From Bacilli bacterium (GTDB taxonomy: Bacteria; Bacillota_I; Bacilli_A; RFN20; CAG-826), in contig JAFXWB010000002.1 in the NCBI GenBank assembly GCA_017534425.1, forward strand, positions 1-62,998: 62,998 nucleotides of DNA, given 5' to 3'. The position numbers and the translations under genes are program-made. Shown piece after piece: positions 7,973 to 16,963 of this stretch (positions within the stretch are counted from its first letter, which is position 1; each line of letters opens with the position of its first letter). Under the pieces are notes generated by a model. It was not told where the DNA came from. It did not search any database and saw only the letters and a program-made list of their open reading frames with translations.

Positions 7973-8806
7973 ATGGAACATAGTTTTGACATTGAAATAG
8001 CTGAAAAAGTCGGTGTTCATGCAGCTATAATATATAAACATATTAAATGGTGGTGCTTAAAAAACAAAGCAAATAACGTACATTTCCACGATGGTTATTA
8101 TTGGACATACAATTCTAAAAAAGCGTTCGCTGAATTATTTCCATATATGACAGAACGGCAGGTTGAGTATGCAATAAATAAATTATTAGAAGCTCAACTT
8201 ATAATCAAAGGAAATTATAATAAATCTCCTTATGATAAGACATTGTGGTATTCTGATATTTCTTGTTCATTCGATACAACAGAAATGTTTAATCAATCAA
8301 CGAGAATTGAAGAACCTATACCATATAGTAAACCACAAATTGAAAACAATAAAAATGATATATTATCTAAAGATAATATATCAGCGCAACAAACATCTGA
8401 AACATTTAGTTTTGGTAAACCTGAAAAACCAAAACAACGAAAAAGTGCAAATACTTTAGAATGTGATAATGCATTGATAGTTATAGGAGAATATACTGAA
8501 AATGTAATATTAAAGCGAGAGTTGACTAAATTGGTCAATTTAAAAAAAGAAATTGCGGGAAAACAACGGTATAAGTTTTATTGTAGTACGATAAAAAATT
8601 ATTTAGATGACCTCGATGAAACTTTTGGAAATGATGAACAACAAAAAATTGAAGCTGTCAAATTAAGTATTCGCTATAATGGTACTACACAAGTAATGAA
8701 GCCTAATAATATAAATACTAAAAATAATGTTAGAGAAAATATTGAAAAGATTGGGGAAAATGATTACTACAAATATGACCAAACTCAATCAGAAAGGGAA
8801 TTTTAA
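7973..8806 (+). CDS. Putative replication initiator / replisome organiser (N-terminal winged helix)
   Basis: 277 aa, SD AGGAGAGGGG. The N-terminal wHTH-like region is AEKVGVHAAIIYKHIKWW...ERQVEYAINKLLEAQLI. It sits directly upstream of the loader, helicase and primase genes. Confidence 0.45.
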   Translation: MEHSFDIEIAEKVGVHAAIIYKHIKWWCLKNKANNVHFHDGYYWTYNSKKAFAELFPYMTERQVEYAINKLLEAQLIIKGNYNKSPYDKTLWYSDISCSFDTTEMFNQSTRIEEPIPYSKPQIENNKNDILSKDNISAQQTSETFSFGKPEKPKQRKSANTLECDNALIVIGEYTENVILKRELTKLVNLKKEIAGKQRYKFYCSTIKNYLDDLDETFGNDEQQKIEAVKLSIRYNGTTQVMKPNNINTKNNVRENIEKIGENDYYKYDQTQSEREF

Positions 8807-9481
8807 ATGGATAATTCAAATTGTATTTATCAAGGATTATGTAGACATGAATGCCCATCAACATGTATTCAGTGGGTAGAAATGAAGTATATGCTTAAAC
8901 ATAGCAATATACCAAAAGCCAAACAGTGCGTACATAGACTAAAACCAAAAGAATGTGATATACCAGCATTTGAAAGACTTTCTTCAATTCAAATGGACAT
9001 TGAAAATTTTGTTGATAATGGCGGTGTATTATACATTTATAGTAAACAATGCGGTAATGGAAAGACAACTTGGTCTATTAAAATGTTATTACAGTACTTC
9101 AATGAAGTGTGGGACGGAAATGGTTTACATACAAGGGGTATTTTTGTTAATGTTCCATCTTTCATAATGAAGTGTAAAAGTGTAATATCTACACCCGATG
9201 ATGAATTTGAAGAACTTAGGTCACACCTAGATACTGTTGATTTAGTGGTGTTTGATGATGTATCGGCAATAGGGAAAGTGTCCGGATTTGATTATACAAG
9301 TTTATATGGGCATATTGATAGCAGGTGCTTACAAGGAAAAGCAATGATATTTACAGGTAATCATACACCTGAACAATTAAATGAAATACTAGGAGATAGA
9401 TTAGCAAGTCGTATATGTCAAGGTATTAATATTGAGTTAAAGGGAGGAGATATGCGGTCATGGTGCAAGAGCAATTATTGA
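8807..9481 (+). CDS. DnaC/IstB-like AAA+ helicase loader
   Basis: Walker A CGNGKTTW, Walker B DLVVFDDV, Cys-rich N-terminus. Immediately upstream of the DnaB-like helicase. Confidence 0.65.
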   Translation: MDNSNCIYQGLCRHECPSTCIQWVEMKYMLKHSNIPKAKQCVHRLKPKECDIPAFERLSSIQMDIENFVDNGGVLYIYSKQCGNGKTTWSIKMLLQYFNEVWDGNGLHTRGIFVNVPSFIMKCKSVISTPDDEFEELRSHLDTVDLVVFDDVSAIGKVSGFDYTSLYGHIDSRCLQGKAMIFTGNHTPEQLNEILGDRLASRICQGINIELKGGDMRSWCKSNY

Positions 9482-10734
9482 ACTTGGTATTAGCTAAAAA
9501 AGACTTTTCAATATTAGTTGATAACAATATAGACGAAAACTATTTCCCAGAATATATTGATGAATATAATTTTATAAAAGACCATGTTAATGAATATAAA
9601 GTTGTTCCTGATATAGAGTCATTTTGCTCTAAGTTTACAAGTTTCGATGTTTTAGATGTAACTGAAAGTGAAAGGTATTTAGTAAATACAATTCGTGAAG
9701 AGTATTTATACTCAAAAAGTGTTCCCGTAATTAAAAGAGCCGCTGAATTATTAAAGACTGATGCTAATGCAGCTTCACAATATTTACAGTCTGAATTAGT
9801 AAATTTAACACCTAATTACAGTACTCCTAGTGTTGATATTATTCACGATAATTCTCGTATGAACTTGTTTTCTGAAAAAGCACAAAACAAGGATAAGTAT
9901 TTCATACCGACAGGGTTTAAAGAATTGGACGATGTTGTGTGTGGTTGGCAACAAGGCGAGGAATATGTTGTTATATATGCTCGTACAGGAAATGGTAAAT
10001 CATGGGTACTTGTTAAGTCAATGCAACACGCATGGTTAATGGGTAAAAATGTTGGTTATATATCGCCCGAAATGTCGGCGGATAAAATAGGTTATCGTTT
10101 TGATACTTTATATAAACATTTTTCAAATACCGCTTTAACAAGAGGTAATCAGTCCGTAGTTACACTTGATGATTATAACAGTTACTTTGAAGAATTATCG
10201 AAGCAATCAAACAAATTTTTGGTAGCAACACCATTAGATTTTAATAAAAAGATAACTATAAGTAAATTGCGTACTTGGGTTACTAAAAATAAACTTGATG
10301 TTCTTGCAATTGACGGTATCACTTACCTATCTGATGAACGTTATAAAAAAGGAGATAATAAAACAATATCATTAACTAATTTATCAGAAGATTTAATTCA
10401 ATTGAGCGTTGAATTAAAAATCCCTATTTTGGTAGTTGTGCAATCAAACAGGGGTGGTGTAAAAGAGGAAGCAGATGCGACACCAGAACTTGAAGATATT
10501 AGGGATAGTGATGGTATAGCACATAATGCAACTAAAAGCATATCACTTAAAAAGAAAGATGACTCTTTGATTATGTCAATTAAGAAAAATCGTGATGGTG
10601 TTATGGGAACAAAACTTAAATATCAATGGGATGCTGACACCGGAGATTTTCAATATATTCCTGATAATGATATAGATAGACCACAACGTACTGCAAGTAA
10701 ACCGCAAAAACAAGAAGGGAAAGTAGCGTTTTGA
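9460..10734 (+). CDS. dnaB: DnaB-family replicative helicase
   Basis: 424 aa. Walker A ARTGNGKSW, DnaB C-terminal RecA-like domain (LAIDGITYL, VVVQSNRG). Confidence 0.85.
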   Translation: MVQEQLLNLVLAKKDFSILVDNNIDENYFPEYIDEYNFIKDHVNEYKVVPDIESFCSKFTSFDVLDVTESERYLVNTIREEYLYSKSVPVIKRAAELLKTDANAASQYLQSELVNLTPNYSTPSVDIIHDNSRMNLFSEKAQNKDKYFIPTGFKELDDVVCGWQQGEEYVVIYARTGNGKSWVLVKSMQHAWLMGKNVGYISPEMSADKIGYRFDTLYKHFSNTALTRGNQSVVTLDDYNSYFEELSKQSNKFLVATPLDFNKKITISKLRTWVTKNKLDVLAIDGITYLSDERYKKGDNKTISLTNLSEDLIQLSVELKIPILVVVQSNRGGVKEEADATPELEDIRDSDGIAHNATKSISLKKKDDSLIMSIKKNRDGVMGTKLKYQWDADTGDFQYIPDNDIDRPQRTASKPQKQEGKVAF

Positions 10735-11702
10735 TTAAAGTAAATGAGTCTTATATATCAGCTGAAATAAGCGATATAATAAAAGAATTAAAAACTGAAT
10801 TAGAATTAAATGGTATTAAACGATTTTATAAATCAATTGATACTCCAAAGAACTATATGGTGTGTTGTCCTTTTCATAAAAAAGGACAAGAGAAGAGACC
10901 ATCAATGGGAATATTGAAAAAAGATGGTACATCTCATTGTTTTGCTTGTCAGTGGACAGGTAGTATAACTGAAATGATTAGTAATTGCTTTGGTTATGAT
11001 GATTTTGGGATATTTGGAAGTAAATGGCTTATAAAAAATTTTTTGACATTAGAGGTAGAGAAACGCAATGACATTCAGCTTGATTTTAGCCGCAATAGCC
11101 GGATTGATAGTAATACTAATACTTATGTCAGACCCGAGGAACTAGATAAATATAGATGTTATCCACCACATCCATATTGGGCAAAAAGGGGTATAACAGA
11201 TGAACGTATCATTGAATTATTTGATTTGGGATATGACAAAGAAACCGATTGTATCACATTCCCAGTCCGAGATATTAAAGGCAATTGCTTGTTCATCGCT
11301 CGCAGGTCTGTACGCACAAAGTACTTTCATTATCCCTCAGGTGTTGAGAAACCGTTATATGGTATATATGAATTATATCAGCTAAATAATATGCCTAAAG
11401 AATTGATAATATGTGAAAGTATGTTAGATGCACTTACTTGTTGGCAATATGGTAAATATGCAGTAGCATTAAATGGTTTAGGAAACGAATTATCTATTGC
11501 ACAAATAAAGAAACTCCCATGTCGAAAAGTTATACTTGCAACTGATAAAGATGATGCTGGTAAAAAAGCAAGAATACGATTAAGAAAGGAGTTGAATAAT
11601 AAAATTGTTACTGAATTGAATTATAAAACATATCCAGACCATGCTAAAGATATGAATGATATGACAAGAGAAGAATTTTATGCATTAGGAGAAGTTTTTT
11701 AA
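10731..11702 (+). CDS. dnaG: DNA primase (CHC2 zinc finger + TOPRIM)
   Basis: TTG start overlapping the dnaB stop. CCPFHKKGQEKRPSMG...HCFACQWTG zinc finger. TOPRIM motifs ICESMLDALT and LATDKDDAGKKA. Confidence 0.85.
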   Translation: MIKVNESYISAEISDIIKELKTELELNGIKRFYKSIDTPKNYMVCCPFHKKGQEKRPSMGILKKDGTSHCFACQWTGSITEMISNCFGYDDFGIFGSKWLIKNFLTLEVEKRNDIQLDFSRNSRIDSNTNTYVRPEELDKYRCYPPHPYWAKRGITDERIIELFDLGYDKETDCITFPVRDIKGNCLFIARRSVRTKYFHYPSGVEKPLYGIYELYQLNNMPKELIICESMLDALTCWQYGKYAVALNGLGNELSIAQIKKLPCRKVILATDKDDAGKKARIRLRKELNNKIVTELNYKTYPDHAKDMNDMTREEFYALGEVF

Positions 11703-11703
11703 T

Positions 11704-11802
11704 ATGTATGGGTATATTTATAAAACAACTAATTTAATAAATGGAAAAATTTATATTGGTCAACATAAGTCACAAGTATTTGACAAAGAATATCATACCT
11801 GA
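11704..11802 (+). pseudogene. Truncated GIY-YIG homing endonuclease gene (first 32 codons only)
   Basis: MYGYIYKTTNLINGKIYIGQHKSQVFDKEYHT then stop. GYIYK...NGKIYIGQ is the GIY-YIG motif. Confidence 0.6.
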
Positions 11803-11869
11803 TGGTAAAAAAGATATTAACGATTTATCAGAGAATGAATTTAATTCTCTAAAGGAAATCTTTATTTGA
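11768..11869 (+). pseudogene. Relic duplicate of the primase 3' end
   Basis: The open frame ...TKNIIPDGKKDINDLSENEFNSLKEIFI* aligns with the primase C-terminus YKTYPDHAKDMNDMTREEFYALGEVF* (PD..KD.ND....EF..L.E.F). It has no start codon. Confidence 0.5.
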
Positions 11870-11871
11870 TA

Positions 11872-11900
11872 TTGTTTTATAAATTAGATTGTGTTACAAT
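11872..11900 (+). promoter_or_regulatory. Family promoter P1 (TAGATTGTGnTACAATA type)
   Basis: TTGTTT, 17-nt spacer, TACAAT (11895-11900), with the conserved TAGATTGTGT spacer end. Confidence 0.5.
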
Positions 11901-11948
11901 ATAATAGTAATGTTAAAACACCAAAAGACCAAAACACAAGGAGGCAAA

Positions 11949-12578
11949 ATGAAATACCAAAGCAAAAAAGACCCAACTATTACAGCAGCATTTGATTTTG
12001 AAAATGAAAAATTCAAAACAACACGTCTAATTTATCTAACAGGTTCAAAAGAAGGACAATCATTCGAGATTTCCAATTCAACATTAAAAAGATGGTGGAA
12101 GAAACTTGAAAGTGAAGAAGTTGAACAGAATGAAGTTCAAAAAGAAGAAGTGGTTGAAACTGTAGAAAATCCTTTAAATATTGATTTTGAAAAACTAGCT
12201 GAACCATATCACCCAGAAGTAACACCTCACTATATTCCAAAACCACAATCAGTAATTGAATATGAGGAAAAGAAACATAAAAGGGTAAAAGCAGATTTTG
12301 ATTACCCGAAGGATTACGAAACACTTGCTAATTTATTTGCTGAACGTAATATCAAAATGAAGAAAGTAAATCGTGGTTATATTTCATTGCCCGACAACTC
12401 AAAAATAAAAATATTGGTAGTTGGTATTGGTATTTTAGCGTCAGACGAATTAGCCGAGAAATTTGTTGCAAAGGGATTTCAAGCAAAACCCTGTATTGAA
12501 AAAGGCACACCATTTAGGTTTGATGTGAAAAATGCCGAAGAATACACAAAAATGTTGGAGGCACTTGCAGATGAATGA
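11949..12578 (+). CDS. Hypothetical protein
   Basis: 209 aa counted from ATG 11949 (SD AAGGAGG). The track start at 11889 is unlikely. Confidence 0.6.
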   Translation: MKYQSKKDPTITAAFDFENEKFKTTRLIYLTGSKEGQSFEISNSTLKRWWKKLESEEVEQNEVQKEEVVETVENPLNIDFEKLAEPYHPEVTPHYIPKPQSVIEYEEKKHKRVKADFDYPKDYETLANLFAERNIKMKKVNRGYISLPDNSKIKILVVGIGILASDELAEKFVAKGFQAKPCIEKGTPFRFDVKNAEEYTKMLEALADE

Positions 12579-13128
12579 CACGCTGAAATTACTTCAGCCA
12601 TTCATCAATTCGCAACTTGAAAACTTAACATTGGAGGAATTAGCATTTAAATATCAGTCTAACAATGAAACTATAATTTTAGCTACAAGTTTTAGTAAAA
12701 TATTCAAATTGGCTATACTTATTAAAAATGAATATTATGGTTTAGACGATACTGACATTGCTAGTTGGTGTTTGGAGAAGTTAGATTATTGTTTGAGGAC
12801 TTATAAAACAGGAAATTGTTTTACCACTTATTTTTCAGTTGTGTTTAAGAATAAACTTAGGGAAGAAACCGAAAAACTGAATTATAAAAAACGAAAGGGA
12901 ATTTTAGAGTCAATCAATGACATATTCGATATCGGTATATGCGATACATATAATTTAATTGATATGCTATTACCAAAAAACCTAACTGATAAAGAATATA
13001 CGTATTGTATATTAGCAAGTGAAGGATATGATAATTCATATATAGCTGATGAATTGAATGTATCTCGAATGACAATATCAAATATACGAAAATCTTTAAA
13101 AAACAAATGCTTAACTTTACAAATTTAA
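12571..13128 (+). CDS. Phage sigma-70-family (ECF-like) sigma factor candidate
   Basis: 185 aa from ATG 12571 (ATGAATGA overlap). Region-2-like FTTYFSVVFKNKLREE. Region-4 HTH LTDKEYTYCILASEGYDNSYIADELNVSRMTISNIRKSLKNK. Confidence 0.55.
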   Translation: MNDTLKLLQPFINSQLENLTLEELAFKYQSNNETIILATSFSKIFKLAILIKNEYYGLDDTDIASWCLEKLDYCLRTYKTGNCFTTYFSVVFKNKLREETEKLNYKKRKGILESINDIFDIGICDTYNLIDMLLPKNLTDKEYTYCILASEGYDNSYIADELNVSRMTISNIRKSLKNKCLTLQI

Positions 13129-13205
13129 TTCAATTACTATATATTTAATTGTACAAATTAAACCGACAAAAACACAAAAAGACCAAAAGTCGAAAGGAGA
13201 AATGT

Positions 13206-13865
13206 ATGGGAAGAATAAGTTTTGGTGACCTTGATAATTATGGGTCCAATGGTGCATATTTTCAGTTGAAAGACAACGGTAATAAAGCCAATGTACGTTT
13301 TTTGTATAATACCATTGATGATATTACACCTTATGTTGTTCATTCAATTCCTGATGGTACTTATCCAAATGGTAATCCTAAAACCGCATATGTTAACTGC
13401 CTTAGAAATTATGATGAACCTGTTGATAAGTGTCCGTTTTGTAAAGCAGGAATGACAGTTCAGCCAAAGTTAATGCTTAAACTGTATAACGAAGACGCAA
13501 AAGAGTGTCAAATTTGGGAGCGTGGTAAGGCATATGCGTCTCGTATGGCTAACTTAGCATCACATTTCAACCCACTTGTAAATGAAGTAATTGAAATTAC
13601 AAGGTGTGGTGCGAAGGGTGATAATCAGACAACATATGAGTTTATGCCTGTTGGTAATTCACCAGCTAATGTAGAGGATTTTGATTGTGTAGAACCACTT
13701 GGATTTAACATACTTGATAAAACTGCTGATGATATGGAAGCATATTTGAACCTCGGTGCATTTCCTGGTGATAGTGCAAATGTATCACAACAGAGAAATA
13801 ACAATAATCAGTATAACGGAAATGTTGTTAGACGTACACCGCCTACTAATTCAAGGGCATTTTAA
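13206..13865 (+). CDS. T4 gp32-like single-stranded DNA-binding protein
   Basis: ATG 13206 lies 5 nt after AAAGGAGA. YFQLKDNGNKANVRFL resembles the gp32 segment LKLD..GNG.AVIRFL. The Zn-site-like residues are C..(H)...CPFC. Confidence 0.55.
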   Translation: MGRISFGDLDNYGSNGAYFQLKDNGNKANVRFLYNTIDDITPYVVHSIPDGTYPNGNPKTAYVNCLRNYDEPVDKCPFCKAGMTVQPKLMLKLYNEDAKECQIWERGKAYASRMANLASHFNPLVNEVIEITRCGAKGDNQTTYEFMPVGNSPANVEDFDCVEPLGFNILDKTADDMEAYLNLGAFPGDSANVSQQRNNNNQYNGNVVRRTPPTNSRAF

Positions 13866-13874
13866 TTGAAGTGC

Positions 13875-13945
13875 AGGGGTATAGCCAAGCGGTAAGGCGG
13901 AGGACTTTGACTCCTTAATCGTTGGTTCGATTCCAACTATCCCTG
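13875..13945 (+). tRNA. tRNA-Gln (anticodon UUG)
   Basis: Cloverleaf by hand: acceptor AGGGGTA/TATCCCT, D-arm GCC-AAGCGGTAA-GGC, anticodon arm GAGGA-CUUUGAC-TCCTT, T-arm GTTGG-TTCGATT-CCAAC, discriminator G. Close to Firmicute tRNA-Gln. CCA is not encoded. Confidence 0.85.
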
Positions 13946-14461
13946 TTTGTCCTTTATAAGGACATAGAACTCCCATTACATCACATAAAGGTGCAGCCAC
14001 TTTGTAAAAAGTGCTTTATATGATGTAGGAATTTAATTATTAGTTATCATGCAGAGCATAACGAATTTTTAAATTCCAAAGTTGTTTATTATTGTTATGG
14101 TGCTATATCGATAATGAACAATCCTAGCAGTATTATTTTTTATGGTATGATTAACGCTGTGAAAAACTTGTTTATATCAATCGAATCGGCTATTACATAT
14201 CAGATAGCTTGGGTAACTATTAACTTGTGTGGATACCCATAAGATTATTTCATCTTGTGGTTAAGAAAAATAATCGTTTTCAAGTACATGACAACCTGAT
14301 TGATGTAGACCTTATCGTTTAAGTTTCACACTATATCTTCTCACTTCTTCCAAACCGAATAGACTTATAGTGAGGTTTATAAAACGATTTTAAATTGCAA
14401 ACCCATAATCCTTTCCTACCGAGGTTGGGTTGTTTGTTGTTTGTTTTTACCAAAGAGAGGT
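13946..14461 (+). ncRNA. Candidate large structured non-coding RNA (about 515 nt) between a tRNA and a tRNA-like element
   Basis: No ORF on either strand. Hand-found helices are:
- 13948-13964
- 13976-14028 (14 bp, capped by an inner CACTTT-GTAA-AAAGTG GNRA hairpin)
- 14028-14077 (GGAATTTAA/TTAAATTCC)
- 14082-14121 (11 bp)
- a long-range AATCGTTTT/AAAACGATT pairing (about 14272 with about 14382)
- CACTATA/TATAGTG
- ACCCA/TGGGT. Confidence 0.35.
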
Positions 14462-14544
14462 TGTAGTGTAACTCAGTTGGCTAGAGGAAGTTGTAAAGCC
14501 CATCCCTTTACAGTGTGTCGTGGGTTCAAGTCCCACCACTACAA
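14462..14544 (+). tRNA. tRNA-like element / aberrant tRNA (83 nt) with a non-canonical anticodon arm
   Basis: Acceptor TGTAGTG/CACTACA (8 bp if T14461-A14544 is included), D-loop AGTTGG, perfect T-arm GTGGG-TTCAAGT-CCCAC. The anticodon arm is a 7-8 bp stem TTGTAAAG/CTTTACAG with loop CCCAUCC (14499-14505), which lacks U33 and a purine at position 37. Confidence 0.5.
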
Positions 14545-14662
14545 TGCGCCCCTTTAGCCCAAAACGTGCGAGTCTTTATGGGACAATAAAGACGGGAACT
14601 AAGGTTGCGTAGTAGTATCAGCAGTGGTACTACTACGACCTATAAAAGAATAAGGAGTGATT

Positions 14663-16954
14663 ATGGCACTATTTGATTTACCAGAATCACGAAGTAATAG
14701 AGAAGCCGACAAAGCTGTTGTTAATAAGACCACCAACAAGCGGTCGGCTTCAATTGTTATGAAAGGTGATGGTATATTAGCTAAAATTTCAGCTATCAAT
14801 GCATTAGTTGAAAGTAAGTTAGGGCAATATAAAAATGAATATGATATTGCATGGGCAGATAATAATGTATTTGATACTGTAATTAAATCTTGTGTTAAGA
14901 ATGGTATATGTGCGATTGATACTGAAACAACCGGACTTAATCCTATTTCAGATGAAATAGTTGGTATGAGTATTTATACTCCTGATGAAAAGGCTATTTA
15001 TATTCCCATTCATCATGTAAGTTATATAACAGGTGTTGAAGTAGAAAATCAAATGCAAATAGATGAAATTCGTAAAGGATTACAATTACTTGTAGATAAT
15101 GATGTAAAAATCATTATGCACAATGCCAAGTTTGATATAAGGGTTATATGGAATAAAATTGGTATTAGACTTAAATGTTGGTTTGATACTCAATTAGCCG
15201 CACAATGCTTAAATGAAAATGAACCGCATAAATTAAAAATACTTCACCCTAAATATGTTCAAGGATTAACTGAAGAACAAAGAAAACAACAAGGTAAATT
15301 GTCGTTTGATGATTTATTTGAAGGTGTAACTTTTGATAAGATACCAATAAAAACGGGATTTGTATATGGTGCAAGGGACTCTATAATAACGTTTGAGTTA
15401 TACGAATTTCAGTTACCTTATTTAACGGTTGATAATCCAAAATGTATTGAGCAAGAATTACAAAGTGTTTGTAATGTATTCTGGAATATTGAAATGCCTT
15501 TTGTTGATGTAATAGTTGATTTAGAGCAAAACGGTATTTCATTAGATGTTGAATATGCACATAAACTTTCTGAAAAATATCATAAAATATTAGACCAAAA
15601 TATGAAAGATTATGAAAGTGTATTAGACAATTATAAAAAAGAAATTGAAGAATATAAAAAGAAAAATGTAAATCATAAATTATCAGACCCAATTTCAGTA
15701 TCAAGTCCAAAACAATTAGCCACTTTGATATATGATATTTTGAAAGTTGAACCACCCGATAAAGATAACCCACGTGGTACGGGAATTGAAATACTTGAAA
15801 AAATTGATAATCCATTATGTAAAGCAATATTAGCATGTAGGAAAACTGAAAAATTACTTAGTACTTATATTGATAAACTGCCTAACGAATTATTAAAAGA
15901 TGGTAAAATACATTGTTCTTTTAATCAATATGGTGCGAAGACAGGTAGGTTAAGTAGTGATAATCCCAACATGCAAAATATTCCATCACATAATAAAGAT
16001 GTGAGAAAAATGTTTGTTGCAAGTCCTGGAAACGTTTTAATATCATGCGATTTTTCACAACAGGAACCTCGTGTAATGACAGCTATGTGTGGTGACCCTG
16101 AAATGAGAAAAGCATATATTGAAGGACGTGATTTGTACGCTAGTATTGCAAGTATAGCATATAATGTATCATATGATGATTGTTTAGAAAAGTTTCCTGA
16201 TGGTACAACTAATCCTGAAGGAAAAGACCGGCGTGATAGTGCAAAAAGTATTTTCTTAGGTGTTTTGTATGGACGTGGTATAAACTCAATTGCAGAACAA
16301 TTACATACTACAAAACAAAAAGCACAAAAGATACAAAGTAGTATATTTAAAGAATTTCCTGCAATTAAACAATTCAGTGAAGATAGTTTAGACATGGTTG
16401 TTGAAAAAGGATATGTTACAACGTTTTGGGGAAGGAAAAGGCGACTTCCTGATATGCAATTACCCGAATATGAGTTTAAGTGGAAACCTGGTTATGGTGA
16501 TATAGACCCATTATCGTTTTATACAGAAGTAACTGAATTAGAAGTACCGGACGATATTGTTGAAGAATATACATATAAACTTAATAACTGTAATTGGAAA
16601 GATAAATCAAATATAAAACAACAAGCTGAAAAAGAAGGTATTATCATTATAGACAATGGTGGTAAAATTGCAGACGCAACCAGGCAAGTTGTTAATTCAC
16701 GTATTCAAGGTAGTGCGGCTGATATGTCAAAAATAGCTGGGATAAATATCAGTAAAAATGAACGATTAAAAGAATTGGGATTTAAATTATTAGTACCAAT
16801 ACATGATGAATACTTAGGCGAATGTCCGTATGAAAATAAAGATGAATGTGTTGAATTATTTAAACAATGCATGTGCGATGCTGCAAAAGAAACAGGATTG
16901 CCAATAAAAGTTGATGTAGTTGTATCTTATGAGTGGTACGGTGAAGCTATTTAA
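14663..16954 (+). CDS. polA: Family A DNA polymerase with 3'-5' exonuclease domain
   Basis: Exo I AIDTETTGL, Exo II HNAKFD, Pol motif A DFSQQEPR, motif B RRDSAKSIFLGVLYG, motif C VPIHDEY. ATG 14663 lies 5 nt after AAGGAG. Confidence 0.9.
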   Translation: MALFDLPESRSNREADKAVVNKTTNKRSASIVMKGDGILAKISAINALVESKLGQYKNEYDIAWADNNVFDTVIKSCVKNGICAIDTETTGLNPISDEIVGMSIYTPDEKAIYIPIHHVSYITGVEVENQMQIDEIRKGLQLLVDNDVKIIMHNAKFDIRVIWNKIGIRLKCWFDTQLAAQCLNENEPHKLKILHPKYVQGLTEEQRKQQGKLSFDDLFEGVTFDKIPIKTGFVYGARDSIITFELYEFQLPYLTVDNPKCIEQELQSVCNVFWNIEMPFVDVIVDLEQNGISLDVEYAHKLSEKYHKILDQNMKDYESVLDNYKKEIEEYKKKNVNHKLSDPISVSSPKQLATLIYDILKVEPPDKDNPRGTGIEILEKIDNPLCKAILACRKTEKLLSTYIDKLPNELLKDGKIHCSFNQYGAKTGRLSSDNPNMQNIPSHNKDVRKMFVASPGNVLISCDFSQQEPRVMTAMCGDPEMRKAYIEGRDLYASIASIAYNVSYDDCLEKFPDGTTNPEGKDRRDSAKSIFLGVLYGRGINSIAEQLHTTKQKAQKIQSSIFKEFPAIKQFSEDSLDMVVEKGYVTTFWGRKRRLPDMQLPEYEFKWKPGYGDIDPLSFYTEVTELEVPDDIVEEYTYKLNNCNWKDKSNIKQQAEKEGIIIIDNGGKIADATRQVVNSRIQGSAADMSKIAGINISKNERLKELGFKLLVPIHDEYLGECPYENKDECVELFKQCMCDAAKETGLPIKVDVVVSYEWYGEAI

Positions 16955-16963
16955 GGAGGAATT

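Noticed and set aside
8232-9167. Same-strand alternate-frame ORFs 8232-8459 and 8955-9167, and the similar 11200-11385, 30981-31169, 44954-45151 and 45746-45934
   Set aside because: They are embedded in genes with clear motif support in another frame, and they lack SD sequences.
14599-14799. A 66-aa minus-strand ORF spanning the polymerase start
   Set aside because: It has no SD, it overlaps the PolA 5' end and the upstream hairpin, and its translation is low-complexity. It is treated as spurious.
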